Assembly: GCF_000698785.1 (NCBI RefSeq)
Contig: NZ_CP007536.1
Coordinates: 2,040,001 to 2,072,000, forward strand
DNA: 32,000 nucleotides
Reading direction: 5' to 3'
DNA from: Nitrososphaera viennensis EN76
Lineage (GTDB): Archaea > Thermoproteota > Nitrososphaeria > Nitrososphaerales > Nitrososphaeraceae
In this document: piece after piece, positions 29,944-32,000 of the stretch
Layout: each line of letters opens with the position of its first letter
How positions within the stretch are numbered: position 1 is the stretch's first letter
Notes under the pieces: model-generated
The model's database searches: none
What the model was told of the DNA's origin: nothing
Seen by the model: the letters and a program-made list of their open reading frames with translations, nothing else
Program-made: the position numbers and the translations under genes

Positions 29944-30167
29944 CAGTGCGCGGCCAGGCTCTATTAACTTATCGTTTGCTCAATGATATATGAGACAGAT
30001 GCCTAGCCGACGGCAAATTAACAGAGCCGAGGCGAGCAAGGTTCAAAATATTGGAGACAGTCTCTTGAAGGGCGGGGTTCTCGAGATGTGGATAAACCAG
30101 AGCATGACAACTAATCCTCCGTGTGGGGTATTAGGACAAATCAGAAGCATTGGATTGCAGCAGAACT

Positions 30168-30201
30168 AAAAAAATAGAAATGAGCACAAATATGCTCATT
30201 T
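30168..30201 (-). terminator. hairpin plus T7 run: intrinsic-terminator-like structure at the 3' end of ORF 30196-30420
   Basis: Perfect 9-bp inverted repeat AAATGAGCA-n6-TGCTCATTT (30178-30201) overlaps the last codons and the stop. On the transcribed strand it is followed by CTA and TTTTTTT (30174-30168). Confidence 0.55.
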
Positions 30202-30420
30202 CATTTTAAGCAAGTCTTTTAGCATCTTTGCATGCTTCTCCTCGTCAGCCTTGATCTGCTTGAAAACCCGCACGCATTCCTGGTTTCCTTCTTTATCGGC
30301 ATCTTTTATGTACCCATCAACATGCCAGAGGAACTCCATCTTCTTCTCCAGTTGCTTGGCAATATTGTACTGGCAGTCAGTCAGGATTTGCTCAGACTTT
30401 TGCATTTGCCGAGAAATCAC
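30196..30420 (-). CDS. small all-helical protein, possibly a ferritin-like/four-helix-bundle half-unit (hypothetical)
   Basis: 74 aa. ...ILTDCQYNIAKQLEKKMEFLWHVDGYIKDADKEGNQECVRVFKQIKADEEKHAKMLKDLLKMK. The EEKH..L motif resembles the second metal-site helix of rubrerythrin/ferritin-like proteins. A TTAATAG box lies about 30 nt upstream of GTG 30420. A hairpin terminator follows. Confidence 0.6.
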   Translation of the reverse strand: MISRQMQKSEQILTDCQYNIAKQLEKKMEFLWHVDGYIKDADKEGNQECVRVFKQIKADEEKHAKMLKDLLKMK

Positions 30421-30544
30421 CTAGTTAAGATAGAACGTCGTCACTATTAAGAACAGCGATCGAAAGTTCTGGCAACTTACTTATTGTCGGCTGTCAAGTT
30501 GCTCGGCCAATTTATTATCTGACGAAGAATCACCAATGTACCTT

Positions 30545-30709
30545 TCAGGGCTGTCCAGACGGCACTTCAATGCTGAGCCTGTGCGCGTCAGGTTCGCCGC
30601 TACTAAGCTGCCGCTCGCTTGCGTCTGAAAACGCGTAATACGCGACAAACACTGAAAACAGGAACGCAATGACTGCCGGTATGACTACCAGGAACAGTAT
30701 GGCAGACAT
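30545..30709 (-). CDS. candidate 54-aa single-TM peptide
   Basis: MSAILFLVVIPAVIAFLFSVFVAYYAFSDASERQLSSGEPDAHRLSIEVPSGQP. A CTTTTATTG box lies about 30 nt upstream of this ATG. The longer track ORF (to 30913) overlaps the synthetase gene start and is rejected. Confidence 0.3.
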   Translation of the reverse strand: MSAILFLVVIPAVIAFLFSVFVAYYAFSDASERQLSSGEPDAHRLSIEVPSGQP

Positions 30710-30763
30710 GACAACATAGTAATGCCGCGCGTACAATAAAAGTTCACCTCGATGCGCACATGC

Positions 30764-30771
30764 ATTTATAA
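30764..30771 (+). promoter_or_regulatory. TATA-box-like ATTTATAA upstream of the acyl-CoA synthetase gene
   Basis: Centred about 30 nt upstream of ATG 30798. Confidence 0.45.
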
Positions 30772-30797
30772 CCATCCTGACACGCATTTTCCCCCAA

Positions 30798-32000
30798 ATG
30801 TCCAGTAATTCCATCTTCTTCTCGCCAAAGTCGATAGCAGTCATTGGAGCTTCAGAAAAGCCGGGCGTAGGCAAGACGATATTTACAAACATTGCCAAGC
30901 ACTTCAAGGGCAAGATCTACCCTGTCACCCCGTCAAACCCGACGGTGGGCGGCCTGACGGCGTACAAGAGCGTGCTGGACATTCCTGAAAGCGTGGACCT
31001 TGCAGTGGTGGCCGCGCCAAGCAGGTTCACTCCCGCGGTGATGGAAGAGGTGGGCAAGAAGGGGATAAAGGGCGCAATAATTGTTTCAGCAGGTTTCAAG
31101 GAAGTTGACGACGAAGGCGCCCGACTCGAAAGGGAGGTGGGCGAGATTTCCAAAAAGTACGGCATCAGGGTGATCGGCCCCAACTGCCTTGGCATCATGA
31201 GCCTGTCGAAGGACAACATGATGAATTCCACGTTCTTGAAGATAACGCCCAGCTACGGCGGGATAGCGCTCGTCTCGCAGAGCGGGGCCATCTGCGCGGC
31301 GACCGTGGAGGACGCAGGCGCGCAGAACATCGGCTTTTCCAAGGTGATAAGCATGGGCAACAAGGTGGACATGGACGAAAGCGACGTGCTGGAGCTGCTC
31401 GCGGAAGACGAGGACACCAAGGTGGTGGTGATGTACCTCGAGGACATACGCAACGCAAGGCGCTTTATGGACATTGCAAAGCGCATAACGACAGAAAAGA
31501 GAAAGCCGGTGATCGTGCTAAAGTCTGGCAGGACCGCGGAAGGCGCAAAAGCGGCCGCGTCGCACACCGGCGCGCTTGGCGGCTCTGACGCAAACTATGA
31601 AGCCGCGTTTGCGCAGTGCGGCGTAATTCGAGTAGACACGATGGGCGAGCTGTTCGACCTTGCCACCGCGTTTTCCAAGCAGCCGCTGCCAGAAGGAGGC
31701 GTGGTCATTGTATCCAACGCCGGCGGCCCGGCAATCATATCCACCGACGCCTGCTCAAAGTACGGCCTGAAGATGGCCGACATCTCTTCTATTCGCGACG
31801 ACATTGCCAAGGTCATACCGGCGTACGGCTCGCCGAGGAACCCCGTCGACATTGTGGGCGACGCGGACTATAACAGGTTTGAAAAAGTGCTCAACCTCGT
31901 CCTTGCGCACCCCAGCGTGGGCTCTGTCGTGACGATGTGCACGCCATCGGCGACCCTGAACTACGACGACCTTGCGAGGGTGCTGGTCAAGATGTCAAGG
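30798..32000 (+). CDS. ADP-forming (NDP-forming) acyl-CoA synthetase, acetyl-CoA synthetase (ADP) family, N-terminal 401 codons (runs off the right window edge)
   Basis: Absent from the ORF track (no stop in the window). MSSNSIFFSPKSIAVIGASEKPGVGKTIFTNI...YPVTPS...DLAVVAAP...GAIIVSAGFKE...RVIGPNCLGIM...ALVSQSGA...GFSKVISMGNKVD...KPVIVLKSGRTAEGAKAAASHTGALGG (phosphohistidine loop SHTGA). Confidence 0.93.
   Translation, partial: MSSNSIFFSPKSIAVIGASEKPGVGKTIFTNIAKHFKGKIYPVTPSNPTVGGLTAYKSVLDIPESVDLAVVAAPSRFTPAVMEEVGKKGIKGAIIVSAGFKEVDDEGARLEREVGEISKKYGIRVIGPNCLGIMSLSKDNMMNSTFLKITPSYGGIALVSQSGAICAATVEDAGAQNIGFSKVISMGNKVDMDESDVLELLAEDEDTKVVVMYLEDIRNARRFMDIAKRITTEKRKPVIVLKSGRTAEGAKAAASHTGALGGSDANYEAAFAQCGVIRVDTMGELFDLATAFSKQPLPEGGVVIVSNAGGPAIISTDACSKYGLKMADISSIRDDIAKVIPAYGSPRNPVDIVGDADYNRFEKVLNLVLAHPSVGSVVTMCTPSATLNYDDLARVLVKMSR

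Noticed and set aside
30545-30913. Full 122-aa minus-strand ORF
   Set aside because: Its first ~40 codons overlap the start and the strongly supported N-terminal CoA-binding domain of the acyl-CoA synthetase gene on the + strand. I kept only the distal TM-containing part from ATG 30709, as a low-confidence candidate.
1-32000. Search for rRNA, tRNA, CRISPR arrays, transposases, integrases and long direct repeats
   Set aside because: I saw no cloverleaf-compatible segments, no regularly spaced repeats of 24 bp or more, and no DDE or tyrosine-recombinase-like ORFs by eye on either strand. A tRNAscan, CRISPR finder or self-dot-plot run would be needed to be definitive.

Overview
This window reads as an archaeal chromosome segment. 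It carries eukaryote/archaea-type ribosomal proteins eL42, eS27 and eS19, a thermosome, Nep1, RNase P Rpp21 and a PDCD5-like protein. GC is high: my hand counts give about 58-67% in genes. The gene content (late cobalamin genes, heme O synthase, an ADP-forming acyl-CoA synthetase, small C2H2 zinc fingers, mostly leaderless promoters) fits a Nitrososphaeria/Thaumarchaeota-like organism. That placement is inference, because no database search was possible.

Layout:
- 1-2730: PfkB kinase fragment, thermosome, hotdog thioesterase, C2H2 zinc-finger protein.
- 3031-3511: rpl44e and rps27e.
- 3464-7734, minus strand: tightly coupled late-cobalamin operon (CobD decarboxylase, a CobQ lacking its glutaminase domain, CbiB, CobS, CobY).
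- 7822-13545: asd, a secreted Cys-rich surface protein, Lrp, ctaB, nep1, rnp4, rps19e, PDCD5-like protein.
- 13619-15587: CCR-like enoyl reductase plus CitE-like acyl-CoA lyase.
- 15584-20902: BASS-type transporter, PepF, CAP-domain protein, DUF167, AlkD-like protein, small hypothetical.
- 20971-28044: glycan-related neighbourhood (processive GT2, membrane protein, orphan PstS-like glycoprotein candidate, ALG11-like GT4, dodecin, an unlisted C2H2 mini-protein, GDE-like glycosidase).
- 28072-28679: FMN-reductase pseudogene with four -1 frameshifts.
- about 28680-30797: lower-GC islet (about 35-52%) of orphan small ORFs.
- 30798 to the window end: 5' part of an ADP-forming acyl-CoA synthetase.

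I found no rRNA, tRNA, CRISPR array, transposase or integrase.

Most worth a second look:
- the low-GC islet and its three-gene cassette of unrecognisable ORFs
- the adjacent multiply frameshifted gene
- a CAP-domain gene whose zinc-ribbon + TM N-terminal extension has no canonical start codon
- the glutaminase-less CobQ
- the CCR-like/CitE-like gene pair
- the surface protein with a CFI-box-like module

All product calls rest on motif recognition by eye, not on searches.
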